Source: Candidatus Bathyarchaeota archaeon
GTDB taxonomy: Archaea; Thermoproteota; Bathyarchaeia; Bathyarchaeales; Bathyarchaeaceae
Reading direction: 5' to 3'
Length of the DNA stretch: 64,000 nucleotides
NCBI GenBank assembly: GCA_963697165.1
Contig: CAVOMX010000001.1
Location: 1 to 64,000 of the forward strand
Shown: one piece after another, positions 21,138 through 32,454 of the stretch
Position numbering within the stretch: position 1 is the first letter of the stretch
How the letters are laid out: every line of letters begins with the position of its first letter
Made by a program: the position numbers and the translations under genes
The notes under the pieces: generated by a model
Told to the model about the DNA's origin: nothing
What the model saw: the letters and a program-made list of their open reading frames with translations, nothing else
The model's database searches: none

Positions 21138-22379
21138 TTGGCGATTCTAGCTAGGCTAAAAGATGAATTCTCGTTCATAAAAGGTAACATACTAATAAAT
21201 ACAGTTTCACTGACGCTAATCCTAATTGCAGCAGCCATACCTTACACATACTACCCCAAATACATTGAAGGCTTAGGAGGCGACGCATATATTTTAGGCA
21301 TCATCAGCCTTGTTTCTAACATTGCTCTGGCACTAGTCCAATTTCCTGGAGGCTACCTTGCAGACAGACACGGACGAAGAACGCTAATATACACCATGAC
21401 TTTCGCATTTTCGGTAACCTACTTTTTGTTCGCAATAGCCCCCAACTGGCAATTCTTTATGATAGTCTCTGTAATCCAAAGCACATTTCTCATATATCGG
21501 CCAGCCCTTCAAGCTCTCGTATCTGATTCATCACCTCCAGAAAAAAGGGGATTAAGTTTTTCTATCATCAACCTTCTTCACTACGTTTCATTTCCTTCAC
21601 CACTAATTGCTGGTATATTACTGGTCAACTTTGGGTTAGTTCCAGCAATGAGAATAGCTTACATGGCATTAACAGGGGCATTCTTTGTAGCCGCCATTTT
21701 GAGGATGAGATTCAAAGAAACAGTAGAGAAAACCAAAGAAGGAATCTCCGTAACTGAAACATTCAAAAATTTTCCCACATCAGTAATGGAAAGCATGAGG
21801 ACACTGAAAAACTCCTCTCGCGCAACGTTATCTTTGGTTACAACTTTTGCAATCTATAACTTTGCTTGGTTCACATGTTCGGTATACATGATTCTCTACG
21901 CAACAGACCCAGACATATTGAATATTGGAGATTTCAATTGGGCATTATTAATGACATGGTATTCGATAGTTAACATGATATCGGCTTTGCCTTGTGGCAA
22001 AATTATTGACAAGTTCGGACGAAAGAAGCCTCTTATTGTAGCTTGGTTACTTTTCATACCTGCAATGATTGGTTTTGTTTATGGAACTTTCATAATCCTT
22101 GCAGCATGTTACCTATTGTTAGGTGTTGCATTAATTCTGACAAACACGGCATATCCAGCATTACTTGCAGACCTTGTAGCCCGCGATAAGCGTGGAAAAA
22201 TTATAGGAAGCACAAACTTCTTTTTCATTATCCTAAATGGGTTAGGTGGATTCGCTGGCGGTTACATGTACACGTATGTGTCTCCTGCTCTGCCTTTTTT
22301 TCTCGCGGCAGTCCTGTTTGTTCCATGTATAGTTATAACAATCTTCAAAGTGCACGAGCCAACCAACAGAGAAGTATAG
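21138..22379 (+). CDS. MFS transporter
   Basis: About 12 TM segments, with motif A in both halves (GGYLADRHGRR, GKIIDKFGRK). Confidence 0.93.
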   Translation: MAILARLKDEFSFIKGNILINTVSLTLILIAAAIPYTYYPKYIEGLGGDAYILGIISLVSNIALALVQFPGGYLADRHGRRTLIYTMTFAFSVTYFLFAIAPNWQFFMIVSVIQSTFLIYRPALQALVSDSSPPEKRGLSFSIINLLHYVSFPSPLIAGILLVNFGLVPAMRIAYMALTGAFFVAAILRMRFKETVEKTKEGISVTETFKNFPTSVMESMRTLKNSSRATLSLVTTFAIYNFAWFTCSVYMILYATDPDILNIGDFNWALLMTWYSIVNMISALPCGKIIDKFGRKKPLIVAWLLFIPAMIGFVYGTFIILAACYLLLGVALILTNTAYPALLADLVARDKRGKIIGSTNFFFIILNGLGGFAGGYMYTYVSPALPFFLAAVLFVPCIVITIFKVHEPTNREV

Positions 22380-22420
22380 AGCTCTTCACGTACAATTACG
22401 GCTTATTCCTAACCCAGTAT

Positions 22421-23153
22421 CTACAAGAAACCTGTGGATTTTAGTTCATCAACAGTTACTTTTCCATTATGTAACACAGTGGCGACCAATGCACCAGAAA
22501 CCCCTAGGCTTCTTAGATCCTCCAGTTCGTAGAGGCTTTTTATTCCTCCGCCAACCAGCAAGTCAACTCCGGTCTGTTCAAGAATGGTTCTAATGAGACT
22601 CAAGTTGATTCCATGTTCAGTTCCCACACGGTCTAAATCCAAGAGAATAATCTGGCGAACACCAACGCCTGCAAGTTTTTTTCCAAACGAAACGGCTTCC
22701 ATTGAAGCGATAGCCTCTGAGTCACTAAGCAATTTTCCTTTTTTCTGGTCTATGCTTACTACAATCTTATCTTCGCCAAAGGTGCCTACGGCTTGGCTCA
22801 CAAAATCTAAACTTTTCAAAGTTTCAGAGCCTATCACAATCTTTGACACATTGGTCTTGAACACATTTTTCTGCTTTGGTGATGTCTGATATTCCGGCAT
22901 CGACCATCAAATCAAGACAGGTTGTTGTCATAATCTTGCTGTATACACTGAAATTAGCTGATTTGCCTAGTATTGCATCCAAGTCTGCCAGATACAAGCT
23001 GCTAAAGCCCAACGACTCAAAGGCGGCGGCAATTTCCAGCGGGTCAGTAGACTTGCATAGAAGGCTTTTTAATGGCTGGTAATGTCTTCTTTCGCCTCGT
23101 ATGCCATGAACTGCAATACCATTTAAAACGTCAATTACGGGAATAATTTTCAT
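22421..23153 (-). CDS. HisA/HisF-related TIM-barrel protein of C1-cofactor gene clusters (one frameshift)
   Basis: MKIIPVIDVLNG, LYLADLDAI, MVDAG, IVIGSETL, LDLDRVGT, GGGI, GALVATVLH; frame change near 22870. Confidence 0.8.
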
Positions 23154-23196
23154 TATGGTTCACTGTATAACAAAGGAGATAATGCGGGGGTAAAGT

Positions 23197-24417
23197 TTGA
23201 ATCTTTTGATATTTGAGTATGTTTCCGGAGGCGGATACTCCAATCAGAAACTTTCAAGCAGCATCCTCAGTGAAGCATATGGCATGTTACGAAGCTTAAT
23301 CTCAGACTGCAAAGCCGCAGGAGATAACGTTACAACCTTGATGGATTCAAGACTAATGGCGTTTAATCCGCCAAACGAAGCAGACAAAATAGTCCTTGTA
23401 TCTTCTACATACGAAGTTGATGAGAAACTAAAGGAGATTTCAAGTTTGGTTGACGCCGTTTACGTTATCGCCCCAGAGTCAGGTCAAGTGCTAGAAAAAC
23501 TGCTGGAAACCATTGAAGCTTCTGGCGGAACATCACTCAACTGCGAAATCGACGCCATAAAACGGGTTTCAAACAAGATTACAGCTCACAGGAGATTAGA
23601 GCAAACTGGCTTGAAGGTTCCAGAAACAGTTCTGTTAGACATTCACACAAAAACAGAAAAGATTAGACATTTAGTCAAAGAGTTGGGATACCCTCTAGTC
23701 TTTAAGCCATTAGATGGTTCAAGCTGTGGCGGCTTGAGCCTTGTAAAAGATGAAAACAAAATAGCTGGCGCAGTCAAGAAAATATCGCAAGAGTCGATGA
23801 GCAGCCAGTTTATTGCTCAAAAACTAATCAAGGGAAAGGCTGCCAGCGCATGTGTAATCTCGACAGGAAACAAAACCGTGGCTGTCACATTGAACAGTCA
23901 ACGGGTTACTTTGGCGCCACCCGATAAGGAATCCACATATGATGGCGGAGAAGTTCCATTCAATCACCACCTAGAAAAAGAGGCAATGAAGGCTGCAGAA
24001 ATGGCTGTTGAAGCGGTGAGTGGACTGAAGGGTTATGTTGGTGTAGACATGATACTAACAGAGGAGAAACCTGTCGTGATTGAAGTAAACCCGCGGCTTA
24101 CAACATCATATATTGGCTTGAAGAGAATCGCAAACTTCAACACAGCAGAAGCAATAGCCGATGCGGTAATTAGGCGAAAGCTGCCAACAAACTTGCAAAC
24201 TAAAGGTTACACGTTCTTCTCCAAAGTAGAGGTTCCCTCATGCCTTCATGTTGTCGCTGAAACATACAAACTAAAAGATGTTGTGTCCCCCCCATTTCCG
24301 ACCGAAGAAAAGACAGCTTATGCTCTAATTGCCTCAGTCTCAAGCAGTCCTACGGGTGCTCAATCAGCTTTTTATCGAACAAAAAAACGTCTTCTATCGC
24401 TCTACAGAGGTGATTGA
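23197..24417 (+). CDS. mfnD: ATP-grasp protein, tyramine--L-glutamate ligase-like (methanofuran biosynthesis)
   Basis: LIFEYVSGGG, VIAPES, VFKPLDG, GYVGVD, IEVNPRLTTSY, plus mfn context. Confidence 0.8.
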   Translation: MNLLIFEYVSGGGYSNQKLSSSILSEAYGMLRSLISDCKAAGDNVTTLMDSRLMAFNPPNEADKIVLVSSTYEVDEKLKEISSLVDAVYVIAPESGQVLEKLLETIEASGGTSLNCEIDAIKRVSNKITAHRRLEQTGLKVPETVLLDIHTKTEKIRHLVKELGYPLVFKPLDGSSCGGLSLVKDENKIAGAVKKISQESMSSQFIAQKLIKGKAASACVISTGNKTVAVTLNSQRVTLAPPDKESTYDGGEVPFNHHLEKEAMKAAEMAVEAVSGLKGYVGVDMILTEEKPVVIEVNPRLTTSYIGLKRIANFNTAEAIADAVIRRKLPTNLQTKGYTFFSKVEVPSCLHVVAETYKLKDVVSPPFPTEEKTAYALIASVSSSPTGAQSAFYRTKKRLLSLYRGD

Positions 24418-24419
24418 GT

Positions 24420-25498
24420 TTGGTAAACGGTTCTTGGCTTAGACATAGGAGGAGCAAACACCAAAGCAACTTTGCTAATTACCCAAAACGCTACAACCAA
24501 AAAACTTAGAACGTTACTAGAGTATTTTCCGATATGGAAAGATGGAAAGAATCAGCTTCCAAAAGTTCTAGAGAAACTGAAGAAAAAACTTACGAACTCG
24601 ACTGTGCTGGATGGAGTTGGGGTTACGATAACTGCCGAGCTGTCAGATGCTTACATGACAAAAAAAGAGGGAATACATCACGTTTTAGATTGTGTATGCC
24701 AAGTTTTTGGTGAGGTGCCACTTTTTGTTCTTGACGTGGAAGCTAACCTATTATCAGTTGAAGAAGCACACAGAGAACCGATTAGGGTAGCATCTGCAAA
24801 CTGGGCTGCAACAGGATGGATAACAAAGCAATCAATCAAAAACTGTATTGTTGTAGATGTCGGAAGCACCACAACAAGCATCATCCCAATCGTTAACGGA
24901 AAGATAGCTGCCAAGGGCAGAACAGACCTTGAGAAGCTTCAGAATGGAGAACTTGTTTACTCTGGATCTTTGCGAACAAACGTTGCCACAATCGTCAACT
25001 TCATCCCAGTTCGAGATATGATGACACGGGTTTCCTCAGAGTTGTTCTCGCAGTCAGGCGATGTCCACCTGCTTCTAGGCAACATAAACGAAGAAGAGTA
25101 TACTTCTGAGACCTGTGATGATCGCGGAAAAACAAGAAGGGAAGCAGCAGCTAGGTTAGCGCGAGTAGTCTGCACCGACACAGACATGCTAACAGAACAG
25201 GAGATAATGGATGTGGCAAAATTTGTTTACGCCAAGCAAGTTGAGCAGATTGCGTGTGGCTTAAAGCAGGTAAGTGAAAGAATTAAGCCTGAACTCAGAA
25301 AAAAGACGGCTGTGGTTACGGGGCTTGGAAGAAACTTTCTTGCAAGAAAAGCTGCAGAAAAGGTGGGATTTGAGGATATTGTTGATATGCAGGAGTCTGC
25401 TGGGTGTTGACGCGGCTGTTGTGTCGCCTTCGGTTGGCGTGGCGTTTATGGTCGCAGGTATTTTGGAGGGAAAAACAGTAAAATGGAAGCGGTCCTGA
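24420..25498 (+). CDS. mfnF: Hydantoinase-A-family methanofuran precursor synthase (frameshifts near both ends)
   Basis: LGLDIGGANTK, TAELSD, ASANW, DVGSTTTSIIP, RTDLEKL, GELVYSG, ARLARVVC. Confidence 0.85.
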
Positions 25499-26149
25499 AG
25501 GTTGGCGGAAGCTTAGCAGAAGAGCCCACCAGCTTAGTTAGCTTATGTAGAATGTTAAGCGTTCTAGCAAAAGCTCACAGGATAGTTGTTGTGCCTGGTG
25601 GCGGAGAATTCGCCGACACAGTAAGAAGACTACGACAGAACGTATGGTTTCTCAAAGAGAGTTGCCCATCAAATGGCAATACTAGCAATGGACCAATACG
25701 GACTACTTCTTTCTGATTTTGCCCCAGACTCTTACGTCTCTTACAATCAAGAAGAAATCAGCAGCTCAGTCAAGGGGAAGTTGCCGATTTTTTTGCCATC
25801 AAAGCACATGTTTCATGAAGACCCTCTGGAACACTCATGGAATGTAACCTCGGACACTATAGCCGCTCATATTGCCAGCGTATTACATGCAGAAAAACTA
25901 ATTCTAGTAACTGACGTGGACGGAATATTCTCAAAGGACCCCAAACAAAACTGGGATGCCAAATTTATTAAAGAATTGTCTGCAAAAGAACTGCTTGGCT
26001 CGAACATGAGAACAAGCGTCGACAAGACATTACCAAAGATGCTTCTGCAGACAAAACTAGATTGCTACGTCGTTAACGGCAGACAACCAGAAAGAATTGG
26101 ACAGCTTCTGGAAAACAAAAAGACCGTTTGCACACACATCACAGTTTAA
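25483..26149 (+). CDS. mfnE: Amino-acid-kinase-family [5-(aminomethyl)furan-3-yl]methyl phosphate kinase (frameshifted)
   Basis: VLKVGGSL, VVPGGGEFAD, MAILAMDQYG, HSWNVTSD, TDVDG. Confidence 0.85.
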
Positions 26150-26159
26150 CAGAGCTAAT

Positions 26160-26877
26160 TCACAATTTGGCGAGCTCATTAACAAACGCCATAACTTTCT
26201 CTTTTTCAAGTTTGCCAGCTAATCGGTCTTTTTTGGTGCAAACTGCTCCTCTAACCCCAAGGATATCTGCACCTAAACTGTATATTCTTGGAATGTCTGG
26301 GGTATCTAAAGAGCCTGCGAGGGCAGCCAGCAGATTACAGTCGTGAGCTTGAGTAACAAAATCTCTCAATTGCTCATCTGTGAGGAAACTGAACAAGTTA
26401 TCTTTCATATTCTTATTTTTTACATCAATCAGCACGCCATCAGCTTCCGCCTTATGGGCGATCATGGGAAGTTCCAGAGGACTTACGCATCCAACAGTAT
26501 CTAAAGTCTGCATATCCAGAAGCTATAGCTTTCAAGCCACTGTCATACTCTTTCACCGCTTTAACAACTTCAGTCATAAGCTTCGTTGCTTCTTCAGAGG
26601 TTTTCACGCCAAAAAGCCCAACTTTAACATAGTCAACTCCGGAAACGGCGGCGCCCAAAGCTGCAAGAGAAGCGGTTCCAGGCAGATTAGGTAAATCTCC
26701 TATTGTTGCGCTTACTTCAAGATTTTTTGGTGCAACCTCCCTAACTTGCCGTATTACTCGAGGAAAATTGGCTCCCAAAGAGCCTTCTTTTGGGTTTTTA
26801 ACGTCCAGTATATTGGCGCCTCCTCTGATGCTCTCCAAGGCTTCTGTTTTGTCTACGACACTAACTAGAAGTTTCAA
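26160..26877 (-). CDS. mfnB: (5-formylfuran-3-yl)methyl phosphate synthase (one frameshift)
   Basis: MKLLVSV, DVKNPKEGSLGANFP, SATIGD, DYVKVG, ALAGSL, GVRGAVC. Confidence 0.9.
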
Positions 26878-27104
26878 TGGAATTCACCCGTTTGACTTTC
26901 TTCAGGTAATTAACTCTTATATGCTTTGAGTTTTTAAAAAGAGCCACTAACAGTTTAGCCATACACTTGCTACGGTTCTTATGCACATAATATACTGGTT
27001 TTTGTCATGGATGAACGCATGTTAAGAGAAAACTTAAACTTTCAAAAAACAAGATTATGTGATTATGAAGAACAAAAAGTTGAGGCCAGAACACCAAAGA
27101 CAAG

Positions 27105-27638
27105 ATGGAGGTGGCGATACTTGGCGGCGGATGCTTCTGGTGTATAGAAGCCGCCTTCGAGGAGATACGGGGAGTCTTAAATGTTGAATCAGGTTACTCT
27201 GGCGGAACAACATCGTCGCCAACTTATGAGCAGGTATGCACAGGAACTACAGGACACGCAGAAGTTGTTCAAGTCACATTTGATCCAGAAATTATCTCAT
27301 TCAAAGAGATACTGGAAATTTTTTTCACTGCCCATGACCCAACAACACTAAATAGACAAGGAGCAGACGTGGGCAGCCAGTACCGATCAGCCATCTTCTA
27401 TCAGAATGAGAAACAGAAAGAAACTGCAGAACAGGTTATCAAAGAGCTTGAAGCCGCAAAAGTCTGGGACGCTCCAATAGTAACAAAGGTTGAGCTGTTC
27501 AAAAGCTTCTACAAAGCAGAAGATTACCATAAACGATACTTCGGTCGCCATCCCGATGCTTCATACTGCAGGATAGTTATTGCCCCAAAAATTGCCAAGC
27601 TCAGAAAAAAATATCGTGAAAAACTGAAGAAACAGTAA
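27105..27638 (+). CDS. msrA: Peptide-methionine (S)-S-oxide reductase
   Basis: GGGCFWC, TGHAEVV, HDPTT, QYRS, AEDYH. Confidence 0.95.
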   Translation: MEVAILGGGCFWCIEAAFEEIRGVLNVESGYSGGTTSSPTYEQVCTGTTGHAEVVQVTFDPEIISFKEILEIFFTAHDPTTLNRQGADVGSQYRSAIFYQNEKQKETAEQVIKELEAAKVWDAPIVTKVELFKSFYKAEDYHKRYFGRHPDASYCRIVIAPKIAKLRKKYREKLKKQ

Positions 27639-27679
27639 CGTCTGTATCTGTTGATGTATGTAAACGCCCATTCGAATAT

Positions 27680-27961
27680 CTAACTTCTTTGGAACATCAC
27701 GATTAACCGTTCTATAATAGAGAGGAACAGGGACAAGATGGGCGCGATTGGTCCAAGTCCTTTCACCATGTCTTTGAAGTTGTGCACATCCGCTTTGGTT
27801 ATGGCACCCATCAGCGGAGCAGCGACCACATATGATGAGAGAAAGATTACGTCTCCAATAATTACGCCTATGGCTGACACGATTGATGAGACGATTAAAA
27901 CCCAAAAGATGTTGAATACGTCCATGGTTGAAACCTTAGCAATACTTTTTGCTTTACTCAA
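27680..27961 (-). pseudogene. Internally deleted oligosaccharide flippase-like gene (N- and C-termini fused)
   Basis: MSKAKSIAKVSTMDVFNIFWVLIVSSIVSAIGVII resembles flippase starts and YVVAAPLMGAITKADVHNFKDMVKGLGPIAPIL resembles their C-termini; only 93 aa. Family match is from recall. Confidence 0.55.
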
Positions 27962-28079
27962 CGAAACGCGTTCTCCTAAACGGGAGTTTTTACTATCATA
28001 CACGTATACTAATAAATTGGTTATCTGAACAGGTTAAACTGAACATGTGTTTTTCTATTTAGGAGAAGGAAAACAAATT

Positions 28080-28412
28080 ATGATTACAGAGAAAAAGTGT
28101 AAAGTGGTTGCCTATTTTAGCATAGTTCCTGTGGGGCAGGAATCGACAAGCATAGGAAGTTATGTGGCGGCTGCAATAGCGGAAATGAATAGAGTAGAAG
28201 GCTTGATTTGTGAAGTTACTCCTATGGGAACAGTTATGGAGGCAGACAATTTAGAGGTCATCTTGGAGGCGGTGAAGGCTGCCCACGAAGCCATAGCAGG
28301 TAAGGGGATCATGCGGGTTGAGTCTACTCTACTAATTGATGATAGAAGGGACAAGCCGCGAACTATGAAAGACAAGGTTAACACTGTCAAAAAGTACATG
28401 AAACAAGTTTGA
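28080..28412 (+). CDS. MTH1187-family thiamine-binding protein
   Basis: FSIVPVG...SIGSYVA...TPMGTVME...IDDRRDK. Confidence 0.9.
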   Translation: MITEKKCKVVAYFSIVPVGQESTSIGSYVAAAIAEMNRVEGLICEVTPMGTVMEADNLEVILEAVKAAHEAIAGKGIMRVESTLLIDDRRDKPRTMKDKVNTVKKYMKQV

Positions 28413-28496
28413 ATTGTCTTGTATAAAAGAAAAGAGAAGAACAGGCTAAGGTATTCTGACTGGATTGCCTCCGCGTGAAAACATGGACACTAGAAG

Positions 28497-28775
28497 CTAA
28501 TCTGGTTCAGAAGTATCCAGCTCAAACGAAGAAAAACCTGTCAGACGGATTTGGCTTCCACATGCGTTGCATTGAATCAACAGTTCCTCCAGACTATCGT
28601 TGCTAACTTTCTCCTCGATGATAGTGTAAACATCCTCTGTTTCGTCTTCGGGAGAAAGTGTAACTCCGCAGGTTGGGCATGGAAAATCGCCGTTTCCATC
28701 AATTTTAGTTAAATCCAGTTCTCTTACTAGCATTTGCTTAGTTTGTTTCACTTTCTGAGCAACCGCTTTAGACAA
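28497..28775 (-). CDS. Small zinc-ribbon protein
   Basis: CPTC...CNAC pairs. Confidence 0.75.
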   Translation of the reverse strand: MSKAVAQKVKQTKQMLVRELDLTKIDGNGDFPCPTCGVTLSPEDETEDVYTIIEEKVSNDSLEELLIQCNACGSQIRLTGFSSFELDTSEPD

Positions 28776-29064
28776 TTCTTATCCCTCACTGATTAGAGGA
28801 AGTGAAAGATGTATTACTACCTTATTAACATGCAGCAAATACACACATATATCCCTGACAACATTGTTTTTTCGCTAACATCACAGATTTTTACAGCCTT
28901 TTTGTTAAAACAACTTCTTCGTGTTTGTCATCATATCTAATAAACTTGTAACCTTAATTGAGAAGTTGATCTTCTTGTCTTTGCTCTCTTTGTTATGTAT
29001 TCTTTTTTTCTAAAGACTCGACAAGAAATTAATCGAACGCTCTGCATAAAACGAAAAAAGATGA

Positions 29065-30018
29065 TTAGTCACAGGCGATGTTTTTTTCTATTGCTTCAAT
29101 AGTTGTTTTATACGTTTGGTATATTGCTTGGGCTGCAGCAGCTATTTCCGTTTTCTCTCTCTTAGAAAGATTATCGTATGTAGAGCAGCCAATTGAAGTT
29201 CCCAACCGAAGAGGAACACTAAGAAAGACAGGTTCAGGCAGCTCACTAAATTTCACCGGCGAGGCGATAGGCAAAACCTCGTTCGTGTTTCTAACTATAG
29301 CTCTCACGATGTCTCTAAATGAGGCTGCTGGCCCAAATTCGGTGCCTCCAATATTGTCTACGATAAGTTTGGAGACAGATTTTACGTAATCTTCAATTTC
29401 CTCTTTGGATAGGGACTTACCTGTGGATTCTAAATATTCCTGTAGAGCCAAATCATTGATTTTTACGGTTGACCACAGAACGATTGCGTCTGTGCCGTGT
29501 TCTCCACCTACCCAACCTTCGATTCTAGATACTGGAACGTTTAGTGATTTGGCTAATCCAGATCTGAAACGTAAAGTTTCAAGATTAGTTCCGGTGCTAA
29601 TCACAAAGTCGGCTTTGGAATATTTTTTGCAGACCATTGCCATGGCGTCAACGGGGTTTGTTATCACAACATATTTTGCTTCAGGATTATTTGAAATTGT
29701 AGATTCCGCAATATGCTTAACTATTTCTCCATTTTGAACCGCCAAATCTCGTCTGCTCATCGTGACACCCGGGATTCTTGGCTTTCCAGCAGACACCAAG
29801 ATAATCTCAGCTCCGTCTACATCTTCATCTCTTGCACATGCAATAATCTCAAGATCTAACCTTAGACTTGCGCTAACGTGTTTCAGTTCCTCGGCGAAGG
29901 CTTCTGCCAGACCCGGTTTAGTGTCACAAACAGTTATAGTGTCCGCCAGTTCTGCACACATTATTGTGAAGGCAGTAGGTCGTCCTACTCGTCCTGTTCC
30001 TATTTGGGCTATGTGCAA
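29065..30018 (-). CDS. Divergent lactate/malate dehydrogenase family protein
   Basis: GTGRVG, AGKPRIPG, ITNPVD, LETLRF, GEHG. Confidence 0.85.
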   Translation of the reverse strand: MHIAQIGTGRVGRPTAFTIMCAELADTITVCDTKPGLAEAFAEELKHVSASLRLDLEIIACARDEDVDGAEIILVSAGKPRIPGVTMSRRDLAVQNGEIVKHIAESTISNNPEAKYVVITNPVDAMAMVCKKYSKADFVISTGTNLETLRFRSGLAKSLNVPVSRIEGWVGGEHGTDAIVLWSTVKINDLALQEYLESTGKSLSKEEIEDYVKSVSKLIVDNIGGTEFGPAASFRDIVRAIVRNTNEVLPIASPVKFSELPEPVFLSVPLRLGTSIGCSTYDNLSKREKTEIAAAAQAIYQTYKTTIEAIEKNIACD

Positions 30019-30054
30019 AGCATATTTCCTCTCAAGATCTTAACGAAGAGTCTT

Positions 30055-30911
30055 TTAGATGTGTCCTTTTTCGATCAGGTATTTACGAAGAGCCTCTTGC
30101 CATGTTGGCGTTTCTATGCCATATTGAGGCAGCGTTATGCTTTTTAGTGCAGAAAACATTGGTCTTTTTGCTTTAACATTTAGTTGTTCTGTTTTTGTTG
30201 GTGTTAAGTTAGGAGTTTGACCTGTGAATTGGAATATTTGTTCGGCAAATTGATACCATGAACAGTAGCCTTTGTTTGTGGCGTGATAAATTCCGTAGGG
30301 GAGTTGCTTTTCAACAATTTTCTTTATGGCCAGGAGCTGCGTCTATAGTGTATGTGGGGCTCATCCACATGTCGTCGATAATAGTGAGGGATTCGTTTTT
30401 CTTTGCTTTGGCTATCATTGTTTCCACGAAGTTTCCTCCTTTGCCGCTTGCTCCTGCTTTTCCGAATACGCTTGCTATTCTCATGATGTAGTGTTTTGGG
30501 TTTTGTTTTGTGAAGTGCTCGGCGGCAAGTTTAGAGATTCCATAAGTGTTGATGGGGGCAGGAATGTCTTCTTCAGTGTATGGTTCTTTCTTGGAGCCAT
30601 CAAAAACATAGTCTGTGCTTATGTATACTGTTGTGGCGTCTATTTCTTTGGTTATCATGGCGATGTTTCTTGCGCCTAAAGCGTTTACAGAAAAGGTTTT
30701 GAGGGGTTCTTCTTCACATTGGTCTGTTTTATGGAAAGCAGCAGTGTTTATGACGACATCTGGTCGATGTTCCTTCAGAATCATGAAGACTGTCATAGTC
30801 TGATACTTCGATGTCCTTGTGTGTGAGACCTATGACCTTGTGTCCATTTTCTAATGTTTTTATTAGGTCTGTGCCAAGTTGGCCAGTTGCTCCTATAATT
30901 GCTATTTTCAT
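30055..30911 (-). CDS. rfbD: dTDP-4-dehydrorhamnose reductase (frameshifted)
   Basis: GATGQLG, ISTDYVFDG, YGISK, SPTYT; C-terminus ...WQEALRKYLIEKGHI* at 30055. Confidence 0.9.
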
Positions 30912-31925
30912 AAAATTACTCCGTTGAGTTCTGTGTCTTTAATGAACTGTTGCATCTCTAGAATATGCTTGTACCACTTGACGGTTATCATTCGTGGATC
31001 GTCTGGATTTAGTCTTCCTTCTTTGAGAGCATCGAATACGTTTTTTGCTCCCTTTTTGATTGAGGTTTGTGGCTTGAAGTTTAGTGTGTCTTTGATTTTG
31101 TTGAAGCTTACTCTGTAGCTTCGGGTATCGCAATCTCCATACCACTCATAGTTGAAAGAAAGATCGCATGCTTCTGCTACCAGTTTGGCTAAGTCAAAGA
31201 TTTGTATGTTCTGTTCGTCACTGCCTACGTTAAAGATTTGACCATTGACTAGTTCTGGTTCTGATTCTAAAACTTTAATAAAAGCGTTTGAAGTGTCTCT
31301 TACATTGACGAACGGGCGCCACTGTTTTCCATTTCGCATTATTGGGATTTTGCCGTTTCGGTAGTAACCTAAAACCATTCCGTTTATGGCTAAGTCAAAC
31401 CTCATCCGATAGGAAAAACCGTAAACTGTAGCCTGTCTTAGAACTGTTGCAGAGAAATTCTTGTTGGGCAAGAGGTAAGATTTCTTTTTCAGCCATCATG
31501 CTAGCTTTTGCATAGGTCGTTAAAGGGTTTAGACTTGATTCTTCGTTTATGATTCCTTCTTGGAACCCGTAAACACTGCATGTGCTAGCGAAAACATATT
31601 TTTTGACGCCATGTTTTTTTGCCAGATTTGCTACTCTAACTCGTCCTTTGTGGTTTATTTGCAAGGTTTTTTCTTGGTCAAGTTCACCGCAGGGATCATT
31701 AGAAAGAGCGGCTAAATCAAAGACAGCGTCTATTCCCTTCAAGATTTCTGGATTGAAAAAGCGTATATCGTCCTTGACGAGGGTTATTTTGTCAGCTATG
31801 TCTTTTAATGAATCAGTTCCGAAGAACAACCTGTCAAGGACAGTTACGTCGTAACCCTTCTCTAAAAGTATTCTAGACATAACAGAGCCGATGTATCCGG
31901 CTCCACCAGTAACCAAAACATTCAC
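30908..31925 (-). CDS. Extended SDR NAD-dependent epimerase/dehydratase (one frameshift)
   Basis: VTGGAGYIG, LAALSNDP, STCSVYG, LRQATVYG...RMRFDL, WRPF. Confidence 0.88.
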
Positions 31926-31938
31926 GGTTTATCACATT

Positions 31939-32454
31939 CTATTTGTGGGGTGGCATGAACCAGTCCCATGGTTTGCCTACACGAGGATCATTTTTGTTTC
32001 CGTTTATTTCTGTGGGGACTATGGTTTGGTCATTCCATGATCTGCGAAGTTCATCAGGCTCCTTGTAGTCATAGAGTCTGTTAACAAAATATACTAGCAG
32101 CGATGGTTCGTTGCTGACTGTTTTTGTTCCATGCAAATATTTGCCGGGTATTCTCACGACCGTAGGTTTTTTGTCGCTGGCGATTACTTCAGCCATTTTT
32201 CCTGTTTCTTCGTCGTAAGCGCAGATTTTCATTGCTCCTTTCACTACAAGAAAGTGGTCTATTTGCCCTCTAGTGTGCTTGTGCCATGCTCTGACGATGT
32301 TGGGGTAGCTGTAGCTGAGGTTTATCTGTGTTACCTGTTCGTCTTCAAGGAATTCTTTCCAGTCCGCTCTTAGGGCTTCGCTGAAGAAACCTCTTTCGTC
32401 GGGTAAAATGTTTATTTCATATGTTTTTACTCCCTTAAGGGCATATTCTTTCAT
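31939..32454 (-). CDS. rfbC: dTDP-4-dehydrorhamnose 3,5-epimerase family (cupin)
   Basis: DERGFFSE, VRAWHKH, HG. Confidence 0.88.
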   Translation of the reverse strand: MKEYALKGVKTYEINILPDERGFFSEALRADWKEFLEDEQVTQINLSYSYPNIVRAWHKHTRGQIDHFLVVKGAMKICAYDEETGKMAEVIASDKKPTVVRIPGKYLHGTKTVSNEPSLLVYFVNRLYDYKEPDELRRSWNDQTIVPTEINGNKNDPRVGKPWDWFMPPHK

